The position numbers and the translations under genes were made by a program. The notes below the pieces were generated by a model. It had not been told where the DNA came from and did no database searches. It worked only from the letters and a program-made list of their open reading frames with translations. This document shows positions 56,854-64,000 of a stretch of DNA of 64,000 nt, piece by piece. Each line of letters begins with the position of its first letter. Positions within the stretch are counted from its first letter, which is position 1. The DNA is from a virus (Duplodnaviria > Caudoviricetes): IMG/VR virus record IMGVR_UViG_3300042691_021640, positions 2,758 through 66,757 of that record; one strand, given 5' to 3'.

Positions 56854-57192
56854 ATGATATACTATATTCAATCAAGCAATGGTCAAACTCAAAAACTAGA
56901 TCTTTACAATAAAGATTCATTCGTGCTAGACAAAATGAGCAACGAATATGTTTCTGAAATTGAAGTGCCGGGTTTCAGTAAAGAAGATTTAGATATTACA
57001 GTAAAGAGAGATGAGATTGGCGATTTAGTCACAGTTAAAGCCTCTAACGCGAAGAGGAAAGCTGAAGCTTCGCTATGGATTCCTTCCGCAGCGGACGCTT
57101 CTCTTTTGAAAGCTTCTGCTGAGAACGGACTGCTTACTTTGTCGGTTCCTGTTAAGGGAGCCTATCAGCCGAAGAAAGTTAAAGTAACCTAA
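56854..57192 (+). CDS. Small heat-shock protein (Hsp20/alpha-crystallin domain)
   Basis: EIEVPGFSKEDLDITV...LKASAENGLLTLSVP. Start reassigned to the ATG at 56854, because the listed TTG lies inside the promoter. Confidence 0.85.
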   Translation: MIYYIQSSNGQTQKLDLYNKDSFVLDKMSNEYVSEIEVPGFSKEDLDITVKRDEIGDLVTVKASNAKRKAEASLWIPSAADASLLKASAENGLLTLSVPVKGAYQPKKVKVT

Positions 57193-57198
57193 GTTACT

Positions 57199-57221
57199 CC
57201 CCGCCTTCGGGCGGGGTTTTT
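57199..57221 (+). terminator. Intrinsic terminator with a cUUCGg tetraloop
   Basis: CCCCGCC-TTCG-GGCGGGG-TTTTT directly after the Hsp20 stop. Confidence 0.92.
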
Positions 57222-57226
57222 ATTTT

Positions 57227-57886
57227 ATGAGTTATCTAAGTTCATCAATACCAGTTCAGATTGGATACCTTGACGTTTCCTTTCTTCATAATGCAAAACC
57301 TAGGACCATGAACGAATGGATTCCTGTTGAGATATTCTCTGTGGTTTCAATACCTAAGAGATGTTTAATGTTTAATGTGATGAGTGAGTTTGGCGCACAG
57401 TTCGCAAGGGTTCCAATTCACTACTTGTCCTTTGATGCCAACCCAACTACTGATTACGAATTACATTGGTTGCAATTGTGGGATAGTTTTAGTTACTATT
57501 TCACTATTCAGAGATTTGATTATTTAAAAAATGCTTCTGCTTATATACTTTTGAAAGATAAAAGTAAACACGTTGGCAAATATTGCTTCACGATTGATTG
57601 GTGTAATGGTGATGATTATAATTTAGGTTATTCTGAGATATCTGCTGGACATAAATGCGCTCACATCTTCTGGGGAGAAGGGGGACAAATGTTCGCTCAA
57701 CCAAACAACAGAATAGTTTGGAGAGATTCAGGAGCATTTATTGGTTCCCCGCTTCCTCTAGAGGCAAAAAATTGGAAACCTTTCGGACATGAGTTCTCTT
57801 GCGAAGGGCTTGCTTATAAGTGGACTGCTGGCGATGAAGAACTTATGTATTATGAGTTCAAGAATGAGCCAGAGTTAGCCAAATAA
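57227..57886 (+). CDS. Hypothetical phage protein (219 aa)
   Basis: Long ORF with aromatic motifs LQLWDSFSY, YCFTIDW, HKCAH, AQPNNRIVW. Confidence 0.65.
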   Translation: MSYLSSSIPVQIGYLDVSFLHNAKPRTMNEWIPVEIFSVVSIPKRCLMFNVMSEFGAQFARVPIHYLSFDANPTTDYELHWLQLWDSFSYYFTIQRFDYLKNASAYILLKDKSKHVGKYCFTIDWCNGDDYNLGYSEISAGHKCAHIFWGEGGQMFAQPNNRIVWRDSGAFIGSPLPLEAKNWKPFGHEFSCEGLAYKWTAGDEELMYYEFKNEPELAK

Positions 57887-57903
57887 ACACGATAAAATAG
57901 AAT

Positions 57904-57909
57904 GTGTAA
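57904..57909 (+). promoter_or_regulatory. GTGTAA motif
   Basis: GTGTAATATAAG, 18 nt upstream of the ATG at 57928. Confidence 0.45.
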
Positions 57910-57927
57910 TATAAGATGTAATTGAAT

Positions 57928-58209
57928 ATGACTGCTGAAGAGAATGAAATTTTTAGAGAAGCTATTTTACTTCAGAAAAGCACCAATTGGTGGATTAATC
58001 AAACATCTAAGATTATCCAAAAAATAGACGATCTTGAAAAACAAGATTTCTCTTTGGAAAAGGAAAATGAATTAGAGAATCTTCGCAAGAATCTAGGCAC
58101 TTTTTTAGCTCGCAAGAAAATAGAAGAAAAGAAAATCGAAGATCTTCTCATTAAGATCGACAAGGTAGAAAAAAAGGAAAAGGATAAAAATGCCAAAACT
58201 AAAACGTGA
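57928..58209 (+). CDS. Hypothetical coiled-coil protein
   Basis: K/E-rich ORF; ATG preferred over the listed TTG. Confidence 0.55.
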   Translation: MTAEENEIFREAILLQKSTNWWINQTSKIIQKIDDLEKQDFSLEKENELENLRKNLGTFLARKKIEEKKIEDLLIKIDKVEKKEKDKNAKTKT

Positions 58210-58351
58210 AAAATTCTACATGGTAATCTCAAAGAAAAATAATTACACCTATGGAGCCTTTCCATATTCAAAGGAAGGCAAACAAGCAGCCAGAGATTAC
58301 ATTGAAGAAAAATCAAACAAAAATTTGCAGTTAAAAATTAAAATTAAATAA
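58190..58351 (+). CDS. Small basic hypothetical protein, 53 aa (not in the ORF track)
   Basis: MPKLKREKFYMVISKKNNYTYGAFPYSKEGKQAARDYIEEK...; AAGGA upstream; fills an otherwise empty gap. Confidence 0.55.
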   Translation: MPKLKREKFYMVISKKNNYTYGAFPYSKEGKQAARDYIEEKSNKNLQLKIKIK

Positions 58352-58352
58352 T

Positions 58353-58499
58353 ATGCCAGTACCGAACAAGCGTAAAAATGAAGATCCAAAGAAGTTCATG
58401 GGGCGTTGCATGACCGACATTCCAAAGGACGAATACCCAGACCAGAAGCAGCGTGTCGCTATCTGCCTAAATCAGAATAAGAAGAAGCCGAAGAAGTAA
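58353..58499 (+). CDS. Small protein, 48 aa (not in the ORF track)
   Basis: MPVPNKRKNEDPKKFMGRCMTDIPKDEYPDQKQRVAICLNQNKKKPKK; MP.P...E..F..RCM...EYP...QR.AIC pattern familiar from small phage proteins. Confidence 0.65.
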   Translation: MPVPNKRKNEDPKKFMGRCMTDIPKDEYPDQKQRVAICLNQNKKKPKK

Positions 58500-58508
58500 T
58501 TCTTATTT

Positions 58509-59174
58509 ATGAAGCTAGTTATCTGCATCCCCGGAAACAACTTTTCCGGGGCTTTTCTTGATTCCTTTATTGAATTCTATCATTGGTGTCTTCACAATGG
58601 TATTCATGTATTATTGTCAAGGAAAGAATCATGTAATATTTACTATGTCAGAAACATGTGCCTTGGCGGCAATGTTCAAGCTGGCAAAGATCAGAAACCT
58701 TGGAGCGGAAAGCTTGATTATGATTACATGTTATGGATAGACTCTGACATCATCTTCAAACCTGAAGACTTTATTAAACTTCTTCAGATGGAAGTTGATA
58801 TTGCATCAGGTTTATACTTAATGACAAATGGAACTAGAGAGCCTAATCAGTTTGCGACCGTAGTAGATTGGGACGAAAAGTTTTTTGAAAAAAATGGTTA
58901 CTTTAAGTTCGTTCAGAGAGAAGATATAGTAGGCCAAACAAAACCCTTCGTAGCTGACTACACTGGGTTTGGTTTTATCTTAATTAAGAAAGGCGTATTT
59001 GAGAGTTTGGATTATCCTTGGTTCCAGCCGATCTTCTTTAATATTGGTAATGCCCATGACTTCTGCATGGAAGACGTTGGCTTCTGCCTAAAAGCAAAAG
59101 AAAAAGACCACAAAGTATGGATACATCCACAAGTAATAGTGAAACACGAAAAGAAGATCCTTCTCAGTACATGA
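58509..59174 (+). CDS. GT-A fold glycosyltransferase-like protein
   Basis: YDYMLWIDSDIIF (DxD), TGFGFILIKKGVFE...PWF, EDVGFC, HEK. Confidence 0.75.
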   Translation: MKLVICIPGNNFSGAFLDSFIEFYHWCLHNGIHVLLSRKESCNIYYVRNMCLGGNVQAGKDQKPWSGKLDYDYMLWIDSDIIFKPEDFIKLLQMEVDIASGLYLMTNGTREPNQFATVVDWDEKFFEKNGYFKFVQREDIVGQTKPFVADYTGFGFILIKKGVFESLDYPWFQPIFFNIGNAHDFCMEDVGFCLKAKEKDHKVWIHPQVIVKHEKKILLST

Positions 59175-59470
59175 GGGATCTAAAGATTACTCGACTCTGC
59201 CTGTTGGAGAAATTTTTTAATACTGACTTAGAATTGTTAGTTGAAATCTGGAAAGGAGAAACTGAATATCAGTATTTTACTCTTGATTTCGCTTACAATT
59301 ATACTTCTTGCGCCGTTATGGGATCAATAAGCGACCGAGAATCAACCCTAGGAAATTACAAAGAAATTCTTTGGGCAAAAGATCAGTTGTTTCATATAAT
59401 GGATTTAGAAAAGTATCTTAGATGGGATACCTCAGAAGCAGTAATCGAAGATTTATCTGAAAAACAATGA
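59171..59470 (+). CDS. Hypothetical protein
   Basis: Start placed at the ATGA overlap with the upstream stop. Confidence 0.55.
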   Translation: MRDLKITRLCLLEKFFNTDLELLVEIWKGETEYQYFTLDFAYNYTSCAVMGSISDRESTLGNYKEILWAKDQLFHIMDLEKYLRWDTSEAVIEDLSEKQ

Positions 59471-59919
59471 ACGTAAAGCTAGAAAATTATCTTTGCAACC
59501 GTTTCGCTCCTTTCTTTGAAGGCAAAGACCATTCGTTTGACTGTTCTGACGGCTGGTTTTTTATCTTAAATTGGGCGTTTTTGAGAGTTGAACGTTCTCT
59601 AAAATACATAAATGAAGAGAAGGCTCCAGAAGACAAGGACTCTTTCGTCGTTTTGCAAACCAAAGAAAAATTTGGGACTCTTCGGCTCTACTACGCAGGG
59701 ACAGACAGCGAAGAGATTCGCACCATTGTTAGCAATGCAGAGTCTTTGAGCGGCTTTATTTGCGAAGAAACTGGAGTGTTTAATGAAACTGTAGGGAGTA
59801 ATTCCAAGGGATGGATCAAAACTCTTGCTAAAGATCAAGCCGGGTTTAATACTGGATGGACTAGCAATTATGATGAAAATTTGCTTGCCATCTTAGAAGA
59901 AATAAAACTAAACAAATGA
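59467..59919 (+). CDS. Hypothetical phage protein (150 aa)
   Basis: DGWF.IL, QTKEKFGTLRLYY, ICEETG, WIKTL motifs. Confidence 0.65.
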   Translation: MNVKLENYLCNRFAPFFEGKDHSFDCSDGWFFILNWAFLRVERSLKYINEEKAPEDKDSFVVLQTKEKFGTLRLYYAGTDSEEIRTIVSNAESLSGFICEETGVFNETVGSNSKGWIKTLAKDQAGFNTGWTSNYDENLLAILEEIKLNK

Positions 59920-60143
59920 CTGAAAAAGAAGCCAAGCAGCAATGCTTAATGATTAAGAAGACTTCTAATTGGCTAAAGAAGGAAATCGCAGCGACGATGA
60001 AACTTGTCAGAGAGTCTAAAAGCGGGGAAGAAACACTCCTCCATTTAAATAATCTCATTTGTTTGAAGAACAAGGCTGGAGCAGAGGTCAGCCGCATTGA
60101 CGACTTGATCAAGCGGATGGAAGACGAAGATTTTGAATTTTAA
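59916..60143 (+). CDS. Hypothetical protein (75 aa)
   Basis: 4-nt overlap with the upstream gene. Confidence 0.55.
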   Translation: MTEKEAKQQCLMIKKTSNWLKKEIAATMKLVRESKSGEETLLHLNNLICLKNKAGAEVSRIDDLIKRMEDEDFEF

Positions 60144-60179
60144 CCTTGTTTTCCCCTTGCGAGCGACTAGAGTGGGGGC

Positions 60180-61091
60180 GTGATAAATTACGGACTTTGC
60201 TGCATTTCTCTTGTTTTATCCGAAAAAGGAGACAAGTTTCAAACGCTTACCTACACAAGATTCAAGACTCTAGGCAGGGAGGAGGGGATGAAGGTTCTCT
60301 CCAAGAGAATACTTAACAATTTCAATGTCACTCTTAAAACAATTTCTCACTGCGCTCAAAGCGGAATTGGATCTTACAGACTTTCTAGCGAGATTACTCC
60401 TCTTCTTAGTCATCCTGATCTTAATCTTGATCTCACTGAACTTGACGATGCGAAAGAAATTTTTGATATCATTGATGAAACTAAGAAAGAGATAAAGAGA
60501 TCAGGCTTGCGAATCTCTGCTCACCCTCCAGAGTTTGTTAGCTTCACTTCTCAGAAAGAAGAAGTTATTAATAATTCAATCAGAGACTTAGATGAACACG
60601 CTATGATTTTTGACTTGTATGACTGCCCAAAAGATTATCGTTCTCCTTTAAATATTCACATTAGACAAGATGGCGACCCAGAAGAACTCTCTCAGAGATT
60701 TATTTCAGTTTACAATCGTCTCAATCCTAGTGTAAAAGATAGATTGGTGCTTGAGGTCAATGACAACAAGAATGGCACTTGGTCAATCAAGAATCTTATA
60801 AAATACTTTTATGAGCGACATGGGATTCCAATTACTTTCGATTCTTTGCATCAGTCTCTTTTGCATGGCGATCAATCTGATGAGGAGGCGTTTAATGATG
60901 CTTATCGCACTTGGCCCACTAAACCTTTATTTCATTATTCTGAAGGCATAGATGGCACTCGCAAACATGCCGACATGCCAATAAATCATCCAAAAAACTT
61001 TGGACAGTCTGTTGACTTTGACATAGAATTGAAGAGTAAAGATTTAGCGATCTTTAAATTGAAAGAAATTGCTAAAACAATTTGTAATTAA
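60180..61091 (+). CDS. uvsE: UV-damage endonuclease (UvsE/UVDE)
   Basis: GLCCIS, YRLSS, RISAHPPEF, NIH, RLVLEVND, PITFDSLH, PLFHYSE, HAD, DIELKSKDLAI. Confidence 0.93.
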   Translation: MINYGLCCISLVLSEKGDKFQTLTYTRFKTLGREEGMKVLSKRILNNFNVTLKTISHCAQSGIGSYRLSSEITPLLSHPDLNLDLTELDDAKEIFDIIDETKKEIKRSGLRISAHPPEFVSFTSQKEEVINNSIRDLDEHAMIFDLYDCPKDYRSPLNIHIRQDGDPEELSQRFISVYNRLNPSVKDRLVLEVNDNKNGTWSIKNLIKYFYERHGIPITFDSLHQSLLHGDQSDEEAFNDAYRTWPTKPLFHYSEGIDGTRKHADMPINHPKNFGQSVDFDIELKSKDLAIFKLKEIAKTICN

Positions 61092-61097
61092 TTCGCC

Positions 61098-61169
61098 GCC
61101 AAAATAGCTCAACGGTAGAGCATCGCTTTTGTAAAGCGGAGGTTGCTGGTTCAAATCCAGTTTTTGGCT
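61098..61169 (+). tRNA. tRNA-Thr(UGU), no encoded CCA
   Basis: GCCAAAA/TTTTGGC acceptor stem, GCTC/GAGC D stem, TCGCT-TTTGTAA-AGCGG anticodon arm, GCTGG-TTCAAAT-CCAGT T arm. Confidence 0.93.
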
Positions 61170-61196
61170 CGAATCTTTCTATAGGCTCCATTTTAA

Positions 61197-61586
61197 GTGA
61201 AAAGCTATTACATATTTTTAGATGATATAAGATATCCAGAAGATGTCACATGGGTAAATATTCCTAATTATGAATGGACAATTGCCCGTGATTTTTTTCA
61301 GTTTCGGGATATAATAAAGATAAAGGGCGTTCCTGCTTTTATCTGTTATGATCATGATCTTGGGGCGCAGCACTATCGTGATCTTAAAACCATCCTAGAA
61401 ACTAATAAAATTGACTACTCTAAATATAAAGAAAAGACTGGCTACGATTGTGCTAAGTATTTGGTTGAGCTTTGTCAAGATCAAAGTGTACCTCACCCAG
61501 AATACGAAGTCCACTCAATGAATCCTGTGGGTGCAGAAAACATTAAAAAATACATAGACAATTACAATGCATCAATTAGAATTTGA
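61197..61586 (+). CDS. Cyclic-phosphate-processing receiver-like domain protein
   Basis: IFLDDIR.P, ICYDHDLG, TGYDCAKYL, VHSMNPVGAENI. Confidence 0.75.
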   Translation: MKSYYIFLDDIRYPEDVTWVNIPNYEWTIARDFFQFRDIIKIKGVPAFICYDHDLGAQHYRDLKTILETNKIDYSKYKEKTGYDCAKYLVELCQDQSVPHPEYEVHSMNPVGAENIKKYIDNYNASIRI

Positions 61587-62220
61587 TTTTAGATCTCCAG
61601 AAGAGATTAATAGGCAGAGAAAAATCGCAGAAGAAAACGAAAAGGTTTTTGAGGAGATGTTCTCTGATGATGGATATGTTTATAATAAGTTTGTAGACTT
61701 TTTGCTTGACCTCGTTCCTTTTAGGTTGGCATGGAAATCTAGATACTGGCCGGGGAACATTAGGTGGTGGATTAAATGCAAGTATCAGAAAATTCGCTAT
61801 GGAGTTTCTGATGATGATGTTTATTCTTTAGGCTATAATATAGCTCTTTTTGCCTTGCCTCGCCTTAAGTATTTTAAGGAGAAAGGAAAAACTGGAATCC
61901 CTGTTTGTTTCTTGCCAAACAATTTTCATCTCCTTGAGGGCGACGAGCAGACAGCCGCTGAAGAAAGAGGCATCAAAGAAATGGAAGCCGTTCTTGACGA
62001 AATGATTTTTGCTTTTGAGTATATTATTGATGGAGATAAGATGTGCGAATTGCCAGAGAGCCTTTCTTTTAAAGGTAAGGCTTTCGATTTCAACTCTGAA
62101 AAGAGCATAGAAGAAAAGGAGGATTGGAAACGTTATATGGAAAAATCTAATAAGCTTAATGAAAGAAAAAATAATGGCCTCGCTCTCTTTGCCAAGTATT
62201 ACGACATTCTTTGGATATGA
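61567..62220 (+). CDS. Hypothetical phage protein (217 aa)
   Basis: Coupled ORF; LPRLKYF, W...LDEMIFAF-like and GL.LFAKYY.ILW motifs. Confidence 0.65.
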   Translation: MHQLEFDFRSPEEINRQRKIAEENEKVFEEMFSDDGYVYNKFVDFLLDLVPFRLAWKSRYWPGNIRWWIKCKYQKIRYGVSDDDVYSLGYNIALFALPRLKYFKEKGKTGIPVCFLPNNFHLLEGDEQTAAEERGIKEMEAVLDEMIFAFEYIIDGDKMCELPESLSFKGKAFDFNSEKSIEEKEDWKRYMEKSNKLNERKNNGLALFAKYYDILWI

Positions 62221-62414
62221 AATTTACTGATGAACAGCGCGAACTAATTAAAGAAACGCGCAGAAAAATTAATAAACTAGAAGACGAGCAAACTGCTTTA
62301 TATAGTAATTTGCTTTCTCAATTAAATATGCCTGAAAGGGCAGAGGATTGGATATTTGATTATGTTTATAACAATTACGGGACGATAAAGAAAATAGAAT
62401 CCTTTCTTAAATAA
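62211..62414 (+). CDS. Hypothetical protein (67 aa)
   Basis: Operon-filling ORF. Confidence 0.55.
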   Translation: MDMKFTDEQRELIKETRRKINKLEDEQTALYSNLLSQLNMPERAEDWIFDYVYNNYGTIKKIESFLK

Positions 62415-62415
62415 T

Positions 62416-62766
62416 ATGTCAAAACTGCATTTTGTTCCCAAAGGCTGGGGATACGAGAAGTGGATTGTTAATAATGACAAGTATTGTGGCAAAATTCTTT
62501 TCGTCGTTAAAGATCGCAAGTGTAGTCTTCATTACCACAATATCAAAGATGAGACTTTCTACATCCAAAGCGGAAAAATTGTCTTGCATTATGGCATGGA
62601 CGAAAAAACTGCAAGAAATCACTGGATTACCTTGGGTCGAGGCGATACCTTTCATATCCCAGTAGGGATGATCCACCAATTCTCTGCTCTAAAAGATAGT
62701 GAAATCATTGAAATCAGCACCCAGCATTTCGACGAAGACAGCTACAGAATCGAAAAAGGAGACTAA
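62416..62766 (+). CDS. Cupin-fold protein (mannose-6-phosphate isomerase/sugar isomerase-like)
   Basis: VPKGWG.E.WI, CSLHYHNIKDETFYI, FHIPVGMIHQF. Confidence 0.82.
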   Translation: MSKLHFVPKGWGYEKWIVNNDKYCGKILFVVKDRKCSLHYHNIKDETFYIQSGKIVLHYGMDEKTARNHWITLGRGDTFHIPVGMIHQFSALKDSEIIEISTQHFDEDSYRIEKGD

Positions 62767-62767
62767 A

Positions 62768-62953
62768 GTGTCGCAAAATAAAAAACTCTTAAGCGAACTG
62801 GCGAAAAGCATTAAAAATGTCGATCCCAGCGAACAACCTAATCGTATAGTTAAGAATATCGATAAGATTATTCAAGACTATTATATGAAGTTTTACGACA
62901 CAGTTGACATTAGAAAACAAACAACTCAACAAAAAAATGGACACTGCTGCTAA
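62768..62953 (+). CDS. Hypothetical protein
   Basis: GTG start just after the cupin stop (3' part of listed ORF 62699-62953). Confidence 0.4.
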   Translation: MSQNKKLLSELAKSIKNVDPSEQPNRIVKNIDKIIQDYYMKFYDTVDIRKQTTQQKNGHCC

Positions 62954-63128
62954 GGTTTCAACCCCTTGCACCAGATTTTGTAAATTAAGAGACGGTTTTT
63001 GTATAGGTTGTGGGAGGTCTTGGCAGCAAATCGCTGATTGGACTCAGTATTCTGAGAAAACAAGACTTGAAATAATGGAATCTCTGTTATCAAACGAACA
63101 AAATGAACGGAAAAGGAAGCAATCCTAG
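62937..63128 (+). CDS. DUF1289-like Cys-rich protein
   Basis: STPCTRFCKL.DGFCIGCGRS..QIADW. Confidence 0.75.
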   Translation: MDTAAKVSTPCTRFCKLRDGFCIGCGRSWQQIADWTQYSEKTRLEIMESLLSNEQNERKRKQS

Positions 63129-63270
63129 AAATTGTTTTAGTAAACAGTTCAAATCTAATTATGATGAGATTAACTGGAATAAACCAGTTAACAATGAACA
63201 GACCAGTAAACATCATGGAACTCAAAGAAAAAGACTTAAAAAAATACCACCAACCCAAAGTGGGGGATAA
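63103..63270 (+). CDS. Candidate small protein, 55 aa (not in the ORF track)
   Basis: MNGKGSNPRNCFSKQFKSNYDEINW...; GKG..PR...NYD.I.W pattern; overlaps both neighbours. Confidence 0.4.
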   Translation: MNGKGSNPRNCFSKQFKSNYDEINWNKPVNNEQTSKHHGTQRKRLKKIPPTQSGG

Positions 63271-63397
63271 TTTTCAAGCAGGAGACTTACTTCATTTGAT
63301 TGACGATGAATATGTAGTCATTTCAAAAGACAATATCCTGATGAAACAAACAATTAGTAAGTATAACAAAGTATATAGAAAAAATGGAAAAAGATAA
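63215..63397 (+). CDS. Hypothetical protein
   Basis: 3' part of listed ORF 63161-63397 (MELKEKDL...). Confidence 0.45.
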   Translation: MELKEKDLKKYHQPKVGDNFQAGDLLHLIDDEYVVISKDNILMKQTISKYNKVYRKNGKR

Positions 63398-63890
63398 AGA
63401 CGGTTATCTCTTGGTCCCCAAAGAATTCACTCACAAAGGTTACCAGTTCAAGTTTATAAAAAAGCTTGAAGGCGGCTGGATGATCTACGAGAAGACAAAA
63501 GAGACCACAAAAACCAAAAAGTATGAATTGGTTAAGCCTAAAAGACAAGATCAATTCGTGTTTCATGGCAAAACTATTGAGGCTAAGTGGGTTTACCCTA
63601 ATAATAATGCTTTTGGCAGGACTGGCTTTGACTGCATTTCTTTTGATACTGCTATTAATAGGCATAAAGAGATCTTGGCAAACAAGCAAGAACAAGTTGA
63701 GAACACTCAAGCTGAATTAAAAATTCCAAAGAGCGAGTTTACTATGAAAGATCTCCTCGTTACAAACAAGATCCCTTATCCTAAGCTCTATCTTAAGGTT
63801 AAACAAATGGTTTTTGAAAATACTATTAAGAAGATTGGCGAGAAGCGCAACGTCAGAGGAAAGCCTAGTGATGTTTTTAAATTAGTGTAA
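63384..63890 (+). CDS. Hypothetical protein with a possible C-terminal winged helix
   Basis: FTMKDL...YPKLYLKV...IKKIGE....RGKPS.VFKL. Confidence 0.6.
   Translation: MEKDKDGYLLVPKEFTHKGYQFKFIKKLEGGWMIYEKTKETTKTKKYELVKPKRQDQFVFHGKTIEAKWVYPNNNAFGRTGFDCISFDTAINRHKEILANKQEQVENTQAELKIPKSEFTMKDLLVTNKIPYPKLYLKVKQMVFENTIKKIGEKRNVRGKPSDVFKLV
63885..63890 (+). promoter_or_regulatory. GTGTAA motif (also terminal Val + stop), 10 nt upstream of the tail-collar gene
   Basis: GTGTAATAAATAATCT-ATG. Confidence 0.5.
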
Positions 63891-63900
63891 TAAATAATCT

Positions 63901-64000
63901 ATGGAAGAATATCTAGGAGACATTAAATTATTCGCAGGAACATATAGCCCACAGTATTATATGTATTGCGATGGTCAAACATTATCAATTCAGCAATATA
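63901..64000 (+). CDS. Phage tail-collar domain protein, 3'-truncated (not in the ORF track)
   Basis: MEEYLGDIKLFAGTYSPQYYMYCDGQTLSIQQY matches the G.I..FAG..AP.GW..CDG..LSI tail-collar N-terminus. Confidence 0.8.
   Translation, partial: MEEYLGDIKLFAGTYSPQYYMYCDGQTLSIQQY

Noticed and set aside
1448-63720. Many short ORFs antisense to or nested in long genes (e.g. 1448-1648, 7615-7917, 16550-16951, 40918-41271, 49710-50015, 51815-52213, 63354-63710)
   Set aside because: They are shadows of well-supported genes on the other strand or frame, with no recognisable motifs.
1-64000. Stop-codon reassignment
   Set aside because: Standard-code ORFs tile the window densely, and TAA, TGA and TAG all end intact genes.
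1-64000. Specific host assignment
   Set aside because: Promoter style, SD scarcity, sigma54 use and B12 dependence are only hints shared by several phyla; no spacer or homology search was possible.

Overview
This 64 kb window is a segment of a large, AT-rich, tailed dsDNA phage genome (long non-contractile, lambda/T5-like tail tip); no capsid, portal or terminase genes are in view. 1-28.5 kb is the tail module: a 5'-truncated tape-measure protein with repeat-delimited inserted domains, an inverted gpM-L-K-K-I-J operon, three paralogous tail-tube-fold genes and an 1836-aa IPT/LamG adhesin. 28.5-55.7 kb is one long minus-strand block: Rad52-like annealing protein, GT4/GT9 glycosyltransferases, DnaE split into PHP, DEDDh exonuclease and core genes, Cas4-like nuclease, primase, DnaB, RecA, Gmd followed by alternating glycosyltransferase/methyltransferase genes, class II RNR, a sigma factor and a dNMP kinase. 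55.8-64 kb is a plus-strand accessory block: dCMP deaminase, dUTPase, Hsp20 with a sigma54-type promoter, UvsE, tRNA-Thr(UGU), a receiver-like domain, a cupin, DUF1289 and the start of a tail-collar gene. The best candidate new systems are the GT/MT cassette with a GT9 split across two genes, the modular tape measure carrying a nuclease-like domain, and three apparent promoter classes (sigma70 near-leaderless, sigma54, GTGTAA). All family calls come from motif recognition by eye; no database searches were run.
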